Virus record (IMG/VR): IMGVR_UViG_3300015608_002982
Location: 1 to 64,000 of that record
DNA: 64,000 bases
Source of the DNA: a virus
Taxonomy: Duplodnaviria > Caudoviricetes
Reading direction: 5' to 3' (one strand)
Part shown: in pieces, positions 8,998-17,253 of the stretch
How positions within the stretch are numbered: position 1 is the stretch's first letter
Layout of the letters: each line of letters opens with the position of its first letter
Notes under the pieces: model-generated
What the model was told of the DNA's origin: nothing
Databases searched by the model: none
What the model saw: the letters and a program-made list of their open reading frames with translations, nothing else
Program-made: the position numbers and the translations under genes

Positions 8998-10620
8998 ATG
9001 CCAATACAAATAATAGACGGATTTCAAGTTAATACAGCACTACCAATCGACAATAGAATTGTTGCTTCAGGTTCAGCTGCAAGAAATGCTCTGCCTTATA
9101 AATATGAGGGTTTAAGAGTTTTTGATACATCGGATAGTTTGGCATATGTTTGGGTAAATGGTGCTTGGGCAAATGAAAATGCTTCAGGGGTTAATGGTAG
9201 TGGGACAACAGCTAATTATGTTCCATTAATTACATCTAGTAATGTTATTGGTAATAGTGTTATCTATCAAAATACTAATAAGATAGGAATAAACACAACA
9301 TCACCTTCAGAGTTATTTGAGGTGGCGAACGGTAATATTAAAGTATCTGGAACGGGATATTTTATAGGAAATGGTCAGGCTATAACAAATCTAAATGCAT
9401 CTAACGTATCTTCTGGTTCTTTACCTCTTGCTAGAATATTTAATGGTTCTACTGGTTATTTACTTGCAGGTGGCTCAAGTGGTTCTCCAGTTTATCTTGA
9501 TCCAACTCAAGTTACTGTTGGTACTTCATCGACTTCTATTAATACTTCTGTTGTTAATAACAGTAGTAATGCTAGTAATTACGTTACTTTTGTGGGAAGT
9601 TTAGCTTCTCAGCCTTTGAGAGTTAATAATTCTTTATTATATAATCCTGCAATTAACTTATTAACAACTGGAACTATTAGTGTTGTTAAGATAAATTCAC
9701 CGGGTGGCAATTTATCAAGTACTAATGGATCTATAATAAATCATGCTAACTTTACATCATTTTCAACAAATGCTAATAGACTTGAAATAAATACATTCAG
9801 AAATTCGGCTGGTAGTAGTTGGATATCATCTGGTCATAGAATTCAAGCTAAGGTTGATAATGAATATATGGGTTATATTCAATTTAATGGCACTGGTAAT
9901 GAAACAGGTATTTCTTTTGGTACTGGTTATATGAATAATAATAACTATACTGATGCTTTTGAAAAAATGAGAATTAACTATAATGGTGTGGTTATAATTG
10001 CTGGTACAAGTAGTTATGGTAGTCCAATACAGACGAATTTAACAGCTCAGCTTTATGTTGGAACAACCCAGCCTTTGTATGGTCCAAATCTTGTTCAAGT
10101 TCAAGCTAATTCATATTCATATGATGGTTTAGTACACAGAGCTTGGAATAATACTAACTGGATATTTTCATTTCAAAATTCATCAGGTACAACCAGAGGT
10201 AATATTCAAGGTAATGGGTCTAGTGGCGTTGTATATAATACAAGCTCTGATAGAAGATTAAAGACTAGTATTGAGGATATGCCAAGTATGTATGATAAGA
10301 TTAAAAATCTAAAACCTTCTAAGTTCTTTTGGAAAGAAGATAAAAAAGAAGACTTTGGTTTTATTGCTCAAGATGTTTATAAAGTACTGCCAAATTTAAG
10401 AGGTGATATGTCTAGCGACTATTTTAATTTAGATGATCCAAATTTTGATATTGATAATCCAGTAAGAAAAGATGGAACTGATCACTATTATGGACTAGAC
10501 TATGGTAAATTTACACCGTATTTAACAAAGGCTCTTCAAGAAACTATGGAAAAACTTGAGACTTTAACTAATAAGATTAAGACGGCATCTTCACTAGAAG
10601 ATTTAAAGAATAGTTTGTAA
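8998..10620 (+). CDS. Tail fibre/spike with C-terminal intramolecular chaperone (peptidase S74) domain
   Basis: SSDRRLKTSIEDM..GFIAQDV..YGLDYGKF..KALQE followed by a coiled coil; IGINTTSP fibre motif. Confidence 0.85.
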   Translation: MPIQIIDGFQVNTALPIDNRIVASGSAARNALPYKYEGLRVFDTSDSLAYVWVNGAWANENASGVNGSGTTANYVPLITSSNVIGNSVIYQNTNKIGINTTSPSELFEVANGNIKVSGTGYFIGNGQAITNLNASNVSSGSLPLARIFNGSTGYLLAGGSSGSPVYLDPTQVTVGTSSTSINTSVVNNSSNASNYVTFVGSLASQPLRVNNSLLYNPAINLLTTGTISVVKINSPGGNLSSTNGSIINHANFTSFSTNANRLEINTFRNSAGSSWISSGHRIQAKVDNEYMGYIQFNGTGNETGISFGTGYMNNNNYTDAFEKMRINYNGVVIIAGTSSYGSPIQTNLTAQLYVGTTQPLYGPNLVQVQANSYSYDGLVHRAWNNTNWIFSFQNSSGTTRGNIQGNGSSGVVYNTSSDRRLKTSIEDMPSMYDKIKNLKPSKFFWKEDKKEDFGFIAQDVYKVLPNLRGDMSSDYFNLDDPNFDIDNPVRKDGTDHYYGLDYGKFTPYLTKALQETMEKLETLTNKIKTASSLEDLKNSL

Positions 10621-11304
10621 TTAGTCTTCTAATTTTTCAAACCACCAGTTGAAATAGATAAAGTTATCTCCAACTAAATTATAGTAATCACTCTCATTTT
10701 TTATAATGATTTTACTATCATGTGATCTTATTAATTCAACTTCAATTCCTTTTTCCATTCTTAGTTGCTTACCTGTTTCCGTAGAATAACAGATTACTTC
10801 ATCATTTATAAGTCTATACATACCCGGTTCTGGTTTAAGCCAAGTTTTGATAGCTTTAATTATAAGACCTTTTATTTTAATAACCCACTCTTTTGTTTGA
10901 TATAAATCATAGTCTTTAAAAACTTCGGATGTTAATTCTGGATTAGAACTCATTATGTTCTCTACAACACCCCAATATTCATAATCATCAATTACGAAAG
11001 TTATATAAACATCATAATTTATATTATTTGATTTTACTATTCTAAGAATTTTCATCTTTTGAATATCTTGATGTTCTAAAGCTAATTTACTTCTTAAACT
11101 ACGATAAGCACTTGTACCTGATAAATTGTAAAGAATGTCATTAATTCTTGACATTGCTTGTCTTATGGCATCTTGATGTTTATCAAATGCGTTTATAGAT
11201 AATTGAGGATCATCAACATGTGTTGATATATGTGCAGAATCCGGATTCATTTTTTGCAAATTGAATTCAGTAAATTCCAAAATTAGCTTGTTCTTACGTT
11301 TCAT
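10621..11304 (-). CDS. Hypothetical phage protein (start ATG 11304 preferred)
   Basis: Long ORF directly downstream of an AATATATA motif. Confidence 0.6.
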   Translation of the reverse strand: MKRKNKLILEFTEFNLQKMNPDSAHISTHVDDPQLSINAFDKHQDAIRQAMSRINDILYNLSGTSAYRSLRSKLALEHQDIQKMKILRIVKSNNINYDVYITFVIDDYEYWGVVENIMSSNPELTSEVFKDYDLYQTKEWVIKIKGLIIKAIKTWLKPEPGMYRLINDEVICYSTETGKQLRMEKGIEVELIRSHDSKIIIKNESDYYNLVGDNFIYFNWWFEKLED

Positions 11305-11340
11305 AATTAATATATATATTAAAATATCAAAACTATTATT

Positions 11341-11658
11341 ATGAAAATAAGAAGATTTAATGAAGATGAACAAGTAGATATCTCATCTGAGAGAGTTAAT
11401 GAAATAATTGAGGAGCTTAAAGAGTTTTCTGATATTATGAATGATAAGTCTAAGTATGTTGAGGCTTTGTTAAATGAGCTTAATAACTATAAAAGTGACT
11501 CTACAAAAGGTAACGACCAAATAGATGATTCTATTGCCGCACTTCAAGTAATTAAAAAGGACGCTGATGATTCTGCTGATAAAATTGATACTGTTGTTAA
11601 TAACCTATTAGACTACAACGAGAGTGGTAGAAAATATATGTACACTGAAAACAAGTAA
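11341..11658 (+). CDS. Coiled-coil protein with CTS-like N-terminus
   Basis: MKIRRFNEDE; heptad-rich acidic body. Confidence 0.6.
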   Translation: MKIRRFNEDEQVDISSERVNEIIEELKEFSDIMNDKSKYVEALLNELNNYKSDSTKGNDQIDDSIAALQVIKKDADDSADKIDTVVNNLLDYNESGRKYMYTENK

Positions 11659-11680
11659 TTAAATTTATTGTATAAATTTT

Positions 11681-11833
11681 ATGTCAATTTGGGAAAACAT
11701 ACCACTGTGTAAAAGAGAATCAATTACTAAGTCTTTATCTAAATTTAATAGAGTTTGGACTAGAAAACAAAAGATTAAAAGATTATGTCAATTGCAAGAG
11801 GTTGGGGCAAAGACGGTGAATCACATCGATTAG
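11681..11833 (+). CDS. 50-aa small ORF (MSIWENIPL..RKQKIKRLC..)
   Basis: Hand-translated; carries RxxKIxxL motif. Confidence 0.4.
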   Translation: MSIWENIPLCKRESITKSLSKFNRVWTRKQKIKRLCQLQEVGAKTVNHID

Positions 11834-11934
11834 AAGATGAGTTAAAGAAAGAAACTCTTATACTTTGGCGTAAAGAACTTAGACATAAATATAGAAAAAA
11901 TAAAATCAAAAGGATATTTAATGTTAATTGGTAA
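11785..11934 (+). CDS. 49-aa small ORF (MSIARGWGKD..RKNKIKRIFNVNW)
   Basis: Hand-translated; C-terminal RxxKIxxIF motif; overlaps the next start. Confidence 0.5.
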   Translation: MSIARGWGKDGESHRLEDELKKETLILWRKELRHKYRKNKIKRIFNVNW

Positions 11935-12178
11935 AAAAGGAAATTTAGAGCAAGGATACGTTTATGCTCCTTATATACCAATGACAACATCTCAAGTTAT
12001 AGTTGGTTATGGTTTTAAGAATATAAGTAGAAAAAGAAAGATTAATAAGATATTTGATTTAGGTTTAGATATTAAAGATGAGTTTTCACCTAATAAATCA
12101 GTTATGAGTAGATATTCTAAACAAGTTATAAATTCTAAATATTACGGAACTATAGAAATAAAAAAACCCACTTTGTAA
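11921..12178 (+). CDS. Small protein with gp23-like YAPYIP motif and RxxKIxxIF motif
   Basis: GYVYAPYIPM and SRKRKINKIFD. Confidence 0.6.
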   Translation: MLIGKKGNLEQGYVYAPYIPMTTSQVIVGYGFKNISRKRKINKIFDLGLDIKDEFSPNKSVMSRYSKQVINSKYYGTIEIKKPTL

Positions 12179-12190
12179 GTGGGTTTTTTT
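12160..12190. terminator. Bidirectional intrinsic terminator
   Basis: AAAAAACCCACTT-TGT-AAGTGGGTTTTTTT. Confidence 0.9.
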
Positions 12191-12759
12191 TATTTATTAT
12201 AAGTTAGTTTATATATTGTCTTGTATTGTAGAGCTATCAACTCGTCAATAATGTTGTGAATGTGTGTATCTTCTGCTTTAATGCAAGTTCTATTTGATTT
12301 AACAAACTCTACAGTTTCTTTGAAGTAATCTAATCTGTCCTTTGATCTAGAATCAGCTGTGTCGATTACATCATAACCTTCAATTAAACCATATTGACCT
12401 TGATATATTTCAACTATATCATCAATGAATTCAATAACTTCATTATAGTAAGCCTCAAGAGCTAAGTGAGCCGCGTGAGAACCCATATCACCTTTAACTG
12501 TCCAGTGATAAACTTGAGCCATCTCTCTACTTTCTAATAACTTAGAAATAAATTTTGAAACATCTCCAGATGCTTCAGATTTTTCAGAAGTACCTTCGGC
12601 TTTTTCTTCTTCAGATTCATCATCTCTATTTTCTTCTGATTTAGATTGACCAGACATTAACTTAATCAATTCTTCTTTTGACATATCTTCAAAATTTTCA
12701 GGAAGATTTGCCTCATTTATTTTCTTTTTAACGGGTTTGAAATCGGAAAACTTTTTCAT
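12190..12759 (-). CDS. CTS-bearing ferritin/Dps-like protein (DUF5856-like)
   Basis: MKKFSDFK..INEA N-terminus; VYHWTVKG, AAHLALEAYY..IDDIVEIYQGQYG. Confidence 0.7.
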   Translation of the reverse strand: MKKFSDFKPVKKKINEANLPENFEDMSKEELIKLMSGQSKSEENRDDESEEEKAEGTSEKSEASGDVSKFISKLLESREMAQVYHWTVKGDMGSHAAHLALEAYYNEVIEFIDDIVEIYQGQYGLIEGYDVIDTADSRSKDRLDYFKETVEFVKSNRTCIKAEDTHIHNIIDELIALQYKTIYKLTYNK

Positions 12760-12790
12760 ATTATCTTGTTTTATTTTATATTTTTATATA

Positions 12791-13189
12791 TTATTTTACC
12801 GAGTTCAAAAACTCTTCGTAATTAAATTTAATTTTTTCTTTTTTGAACTGTGATATCATATCATTAGCAATCTCCATTCTATTTTCTTTATCTTTGACTT
12901 TTTTAATTATGTCGATTATTCCTGATACCATTTGATAGTCATTTCCATCAATTTCTTTTTTAATATTTGATTTAGATTCACCCATAAAAGAATCAGAAAT
13001 TCTATCTTCTGTCTCTTCAATTAGTTGAATTGTGTAGTCATAACCATCTTCAACAGATGCTAGTGTTGAGTCTGCTATATAACCAGCTTCACCTTCGTTT
13101 TCAGCTGGTATAATTAATTCTATTTTCGCAAATACTTTGTAGTATTTTTGATTTGAATTATCTTCTAATATTTTAGTGAATTTTTTCAT
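12791..13189 (-). CDS. Hypothetical protein with CTS-like N-terminus
   Basis: MKKFTKILED. Confidence 0.55.
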   Translation of the reverse strand: MKKFTKILEDNSNQKYYKVFAKIELIIPAENEGEAGYIADSTLASVEDGYDYTIQLIEETEDRISDSFMGESKSNIKKEIDGNDYQMVSGIIDIIKKVKDKENRMEIANDMISQFKKEKIKFNYEEFLNSVK

Positions 13190-14309
13190 ATTCTACGTCA
13201 CTTTTAATTTTATTTATCTTCTTTTTAAGATATCTACCGTTTTTATTAAACTCTTTACCCCAGTAGTCAATAAATTGCTTACAACTCATTTTTTCTAAAG
13301 TTGATATAGAGATTATTGGACTGGCTTTTTGTTCTTTTAACTCATTTTTATAAACATCTACCCACATTTCTTTTAATTTATCTGCTACATCTTCTTCAGT
13401 TTCACATCCTACTAAAAGAGCATTGCCCATATCTTTCCAATTGTAATGGCTTGATATTTGATTAATCAATGATGTATAAAACATATCTGCATCGAATTTT
13501 TCCATCTCATTTGCAGTTCTCCATATTTTAAATTGACTTAGGTCTTTATCTGGATATGTATTTATGAAATAGTGAATCTCTTGAATGTTTGCGTTCATCT
13601 CATGTGACTCACTCATATAAATATATCTAATGAATTCTGTAGTCCATTTATACCATATCGCTTTTGGAAACTTCCATTTATTATTTTCTGCATAAGTTAA
13701 AGAAGTATTAAATGATCTACCATATATTGGCTTTCTATATTCACCTCTTTTAGGAGCTCTCATTGTTCTTTTATAGTGTTCGTAACAGTGGTTTAGTTCA
13801 TGATATAATGTAGAAACAATACCATCTATTAATGATTTTTTATTTTCTTCATTTTTAATATCAAACATTCTCTTATTAATATCGATACCAACACTAAGTT
13901 GAATTATTAATCCATGATCAGTAACCTTTTTAACTGGTTTTATAATTTTAGAATAGTTTTTCCAATTTTTATTTCCAAATCCAGAAGCCCAGCCACCTAT
14001 AGCAACGTGGTTTTCATAATTATCCCCATACAATGAGTGAAACTTCAAAGGTGTCATCTTTTTGAACTCTAATACTAATTCAAATCCAACTACTGGAAAT
14101 TCTTTATAAAGTTCTTTGTCTTTGATATAAGGGGTTAGATATCTATATTTTACTTCAACTGTTTCATCTAATCTTGTTTCTCTTGATTTTAAGAATTCAG
14201 TAAAAGCATAGTAGGTTTTTCTTTGTAAAATATCAACATACAATAAGCTTGCTTCAGAAGCTCCATGTCTTTCATTGATACTAAAGTCTTTAAAATTTAA
14301 AATCCCCAT
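13173..14309 (-). CDS. CTS-bearing putative zinc metallopeptidase
   Basis: MGILNFKDFSINE; HExxH (YHELNH) with downstream SESHEMNA as candidate third ligand. Confidence 0.6.
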   Translation of the reverse strand: MGILNFKDFSINERHGASEASLLYVDILQRKTYYAFTEFLKSRETRLDETVEVKYRYLTPYIKDKELYKEFPVVGFELVLEFKKMTPLKFHSLYGDNYENHVAIGGWASGFGNKNWKNYSKIIKPVKKVTDHGLIIQLSVGIDINKRMFDIKNEENKKSLIDGIVSTLYHELNHCYEHYKRTMRAPKRGEYRKPIYGRSFNTSLTYAENNKWKFPKAIWYKWTTEFIRYIYMSESHEMNANIQEIHYFINTYPDKDLSQFKIWRTANEMEKFDADMFYTSLINQISSHYNWKDMGNALLVGCETEEDVADKLKEMWVDVYKNELKEQKASPIISISTLEKMSCKQFIDYWGKEFNKNGRYLKKKINKIKSDVEYEKIH

Positions 14310-14340
14310 AGGTGTATATATTAAAAACCTATGGGGATTT
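14300..14340 (-). promoter_or_regulatory. Perfect 14-bp inverted repeat with late promoter in the loop and the start codon in one arm
   Basis: AAATCCCCATAGGT (14300-14313) / ACCTATGGGGATTT (14327-14340); the loop holds AATATATA on the minus strand; ATG at 14309. Confidence 0.8.
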
Positions 14341-14356
14341 ATTCTATTTTATTTAA

Positions 14357-14785
14357 TTAGTTTAATATTTGGCTTATTTGTTTCTCTCTTAAAGACTGCA
14401 AGTCAATATCTGTCTCAACAGCCTCATAAAAACTCAACTTAACCATTTTCATGTATTTTTCAGTTTCCTCTTCATTAGCCATTGGATGTAGTCTATTTTC
14501 AAAAGAATCCCATTTATTTTTAGATTCTGGCTTACCATACTTAGTATTTAGAGACTCATTGAAATCCTCATACTCACTAACTTCTACATTTAGAGAATCT
14601 TCTAAATCGTATGAGTATTCGTGTAAAGAACACTCTTTATACTCTTTAATATTTAACTCTTTTACCTTTAGATTTGCATCTTCTTTAGAAAATACAATTA
14701 AACTTGGACTACCACCTTCAGATTCATTGTATATATTATCATCATACTCAAAACCTTTCTTCAAAATTACATACGCTTTTTCCAT
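14357..14785 (-). CDS. Hypothetical protein with C-terminal RxxxIxxIL motif
   Basis: Ends LREKQISQILN. Confidence 0.6.
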   Translation of the reverse strand: MEKAYVILKKGFEYDDNIYNESEGGSPSLIVFSKEDANLKVKELNIKEYKECSLHEYSYDLEDSLNVEVSEYEDFNESLNTKYGKPESKNKWDSFENRLHPMANEEETEKYMKMVKLSFYEAVETDIDLQSLREKQISQILN

Positions 14786-14786
14786 A

Positions 14787-15272
14787 TTATTTTATCTCTA
14801 TATTTTTCATCCATTTATTAACTTGACTTTCCGCCATTTCACAAATCTCATCTTTTGAAAATTCCATTTGTGACATTATATCAAATATCATTATTAGACA
14901 GTCTGTTGATTCTAATAGAATATTTTTTCTAATTTCTTCTTTACTCTCGTTTGTTCTTTTATAATTGACAAGTTTTAGTATTTCTGCTGATAGTTCTCCA
15001 TATTCTTCACCTAGCTTTAATCCTCTTTCTATTAGACCTGGATTTTCAAACTTTGAAGCGTTTGTTACTAAATCATAGACGTAATCTATAAGTGGCTCTA
15101 AAACAGCATGTTCTTTTATCATTTCACCTTTTCTTTCAAAGTCTTCAATGAGTACTTCTAAGATAGCTACATTGTTTGACTCTTCAGGTGTTAGTTCTTT
15201 ATGAAAAACAGACTCTAAATATTTTTGAGCCTGGTTGTAATCATAGATATTTTTAATTGGTTTTATTTTCAT
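14787..15272 (-). CDS. Fusion of HigA-like antitoxin N-terminal domain and MazG-like NTP pyrophosphohydrolase
   Basis: MKIKPIK..DYNQA..LE..F..ILEVLIEDFE (HigA N-domain pattern, no HTH), then LKLGEEYGELSAE..LLESTDCLI (MazG EExxE..ExxD). Confidence 0.7.
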   Translation of the reverse strand: MKIKPIKNIYDYNQAQKYLESVFHKELTPEESNNVAILEVLIEDFERKGEMIKEHAVLEPLIDYVYDLVTNASKFENPGLIERGLKLGEEYGELSAEILKLVNYKRTNESKEEIRKNILLESTDCLIMIFDIMSQMEFSKDEICEMAESQVNKWMKNIEIK

Positions 15273-15322
15273 TTTTAACAATTAGAAATTAATATATAAG
15301 GAGTAAAAATATAAAGTTATAT

Positions 15323-15523
15323 ATGGGATTAATTAAAAAGTTTGATAGTTTTGTTTCCGAGAAATTAGTTGTAGAACTTAAACCAGTAAAGACCATTTCT
15401 AAGCCGGTTGAGGCAGAAATATCAGAAGAGGCCGCAGCACAGCAAGTAATTGATAGATTATCAAGAATTTATAAAGAATTACCAGCTGATAAAAAATCAG
15501 ATGTGGATAAATATTTCCAATAA
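15323..15523 (+). CDS. Small protein with CTS-like N-terminus
   Basis: MGLIKKFDSFVSE. Confidence 0.55.
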   Translation: MGLIKKFDSFVSEKLVVELKPVKTISKPVEAEISEEAAAQQVIDRLSRIYKELPADKKSDVDKYFQ

Positions 15524-15528
15524 TTAAT

Positions 15529-17244
15529 ATGAAAAGATTTTCAGATTTTATAAAAGAAGAAGTAGATTTAAGAGGAAGTAAAGGTATTCCTTCTGACTTT
15601 ATGTCAAAGGCGGACCAAGAAGCAAGAGCCTCTTTAGGTATTAGACCTGATGATGAAAGCCAGATGAGAACATTATGGCCCGAATTTGAAAGAAATATGA
15701 GAGAGTCTAACCAGATTCTAACTCAAGGTTTATCACAGGCTCAGGTTAAAGAAAGAGTTGAAAAACTTGAAAAATTAGCAGAAAAAGTTGTTAGAGATAG
15801 ATTTGATGAAATATTAGACTCTGCTATTAAACCAATTGAATTGAAAATTAAATTAGTTCCGATGGGTCAGGTTTCTCAAGAAATTAGAGATATTACTAAT
15901 GTGCCTCAACAAGCTAAACAACCAACTGAAGAACAACAAGAAGAACAAGACGAAAAAGACGAAGAAAATAGAAATAAGGAACAAGAGGAACAAACACCGG
16001 AAGAAAGACTTGAAGGTGAAGAGACTCCTGGTACTGATTTAGTTGCAGCAGTCGATAAGAAGAAAATTCTTAATATGATTACTCAAGCCGCTGGTAAATC
16101 CACAAAGGATATTATCAGAGCATCTGATATTGTTGATGAAGGCTTACAAGAAATATTTGGTGATTCCTGGAGAAGAATTTTAGATTGTTGGATTAGAATG
16201 TCTGATATCGCAGATAAGATGGATTGGGTTATTCCTATTGGTAGAAAATCTCAAATGATGAAAGATATGCCTGGTGGAATGGCTGGTGCTTGTCAAGTTA
16301 AGTGGGAAAGTCATTCAGGTAATTTTTATGACATGAAACTTCTTTTAGAAAAAGAAGCAACTAAAATTGTTATTCATGCTACTGGTGTTGATTTTCCAAT
16401 GTTAATACATGAAACAATTAAAGGTATTTATCTTTTCTTACAATCAGGTGCTATTAAAAAAGATAAAGAAACTGCTAAGATAGTTAAAGCGGCTACATCT
16501 TCTTTTTCAGATGAGGCTCAAGACTTTAGATATGGTCCTCCAGCCTTTCAAATGTTGTTAAATTTTGTAAATATGTTTCCTGAATCAAATCAATATAAAA
16601 GATTGGATACAAGAGTATTTACCATTTTAGCACTTGATAAAGAAAGAGCAATGGTTGAAGCAAAATCATCAAAGCCAGAGTTTAAGGAATACTTAGATAA
16701 AAAAGCTGATGTTGCTAGAACAGATGAACAATTTTTAGAGATAATGAAAAGTCTTTTCTCTGTATTTGATTTACAAGGTACTAATTATGTCGTAAATGAA
16801 GAAAAGTTCAATACATCTTTAGCTAAGAGAGAAATCAAAAAGATAATTGATTATATAGTCGATGATATAGAATCTTACAAGTCAGAAATTGAAGAGTGGG
16901 AAAAAGAACAAAGAGAAAGAGAAGAAGAATCTAAATATCGTCAAGAGTATAATGATGAAGAGGGAACTATAGAACCTGGTCAAGAAGAAGAATCAGATAT
17001 AGATGCTTTAATTAAAAAGACATTATATGGTGGTCAAGAAGAAGAATCTCCAGAATCAACTGAGGTTGATTATACACAGTTAAGTCAGAGAGAACTACAG
17101 GATCTTATTGATGATGCCTTAGATGCAGGTGATTATAAAAAAGTTCAAATGCTTGCTCAGTATATGAAAGAAGGTAAAGAAGTATATCTAAAAGAAATTG
17201 AGAGAATAAATGAATCTCATAATTTTCATACAAGAAGAAAATAA
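15529..17244 (+). CDS. Large acidic CTS-bearing protein with C-terminal IDEAL/UVR-like helix pair
   Basis: MKRFSDFIKEE; FPMLIHETIKG; LQDLIDDALDAGDYKKVQML. Confidence 0.65.
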   Translation: MKRFSDFIKEEVDLRGSKGIPSDFMSKADQEARASLGIRPDDESQMRTLWPEFERNMRESNQILTQGLSQAQVKERVEKLEKLAEKVVRDRFDEILDSAIKPIELKIKLVPMGQVSQEIRDITNVPQQAKQPTEEQQEEQDEKDEENRNKEQEEQTPEERLEGEETPGTDLVAAVDKKKILNMITQAAGKSTKDIIRASDIVDEGLQEIFGDSWRRILDCWIRMSDIADKMDWVIPIGRKSQMMKDMPGGMAGACQVKWESHSGNFYDMKLLLEKEATKIVIHATGVDFPMLIHETIKGIYLFLQSGAIKKDKETAKIVKAATSSFSDEAQDFRYGPPAFQMLLNFVNMFPESNQYKRLDTRVFTILALDKERAMVEAKSSKPEFKEYLDKKADVARTDEQFLEIMKSLFSVFDLQGTNYVVNEEKFNTSLAKREIKKIIDYIVDDIESYKSEIEEWEKEQREREEESKYRQEYNDEEGTIEPGQEEESDIDALIKKTLYGGQEEESPESTEVDYTQLSQRELQDLIDDALDAGDYKKVQMLAQYMKEGKEVYLKEIERINESHNFHTRRK

Positions 17245-17253
17245 ATTTAAACA

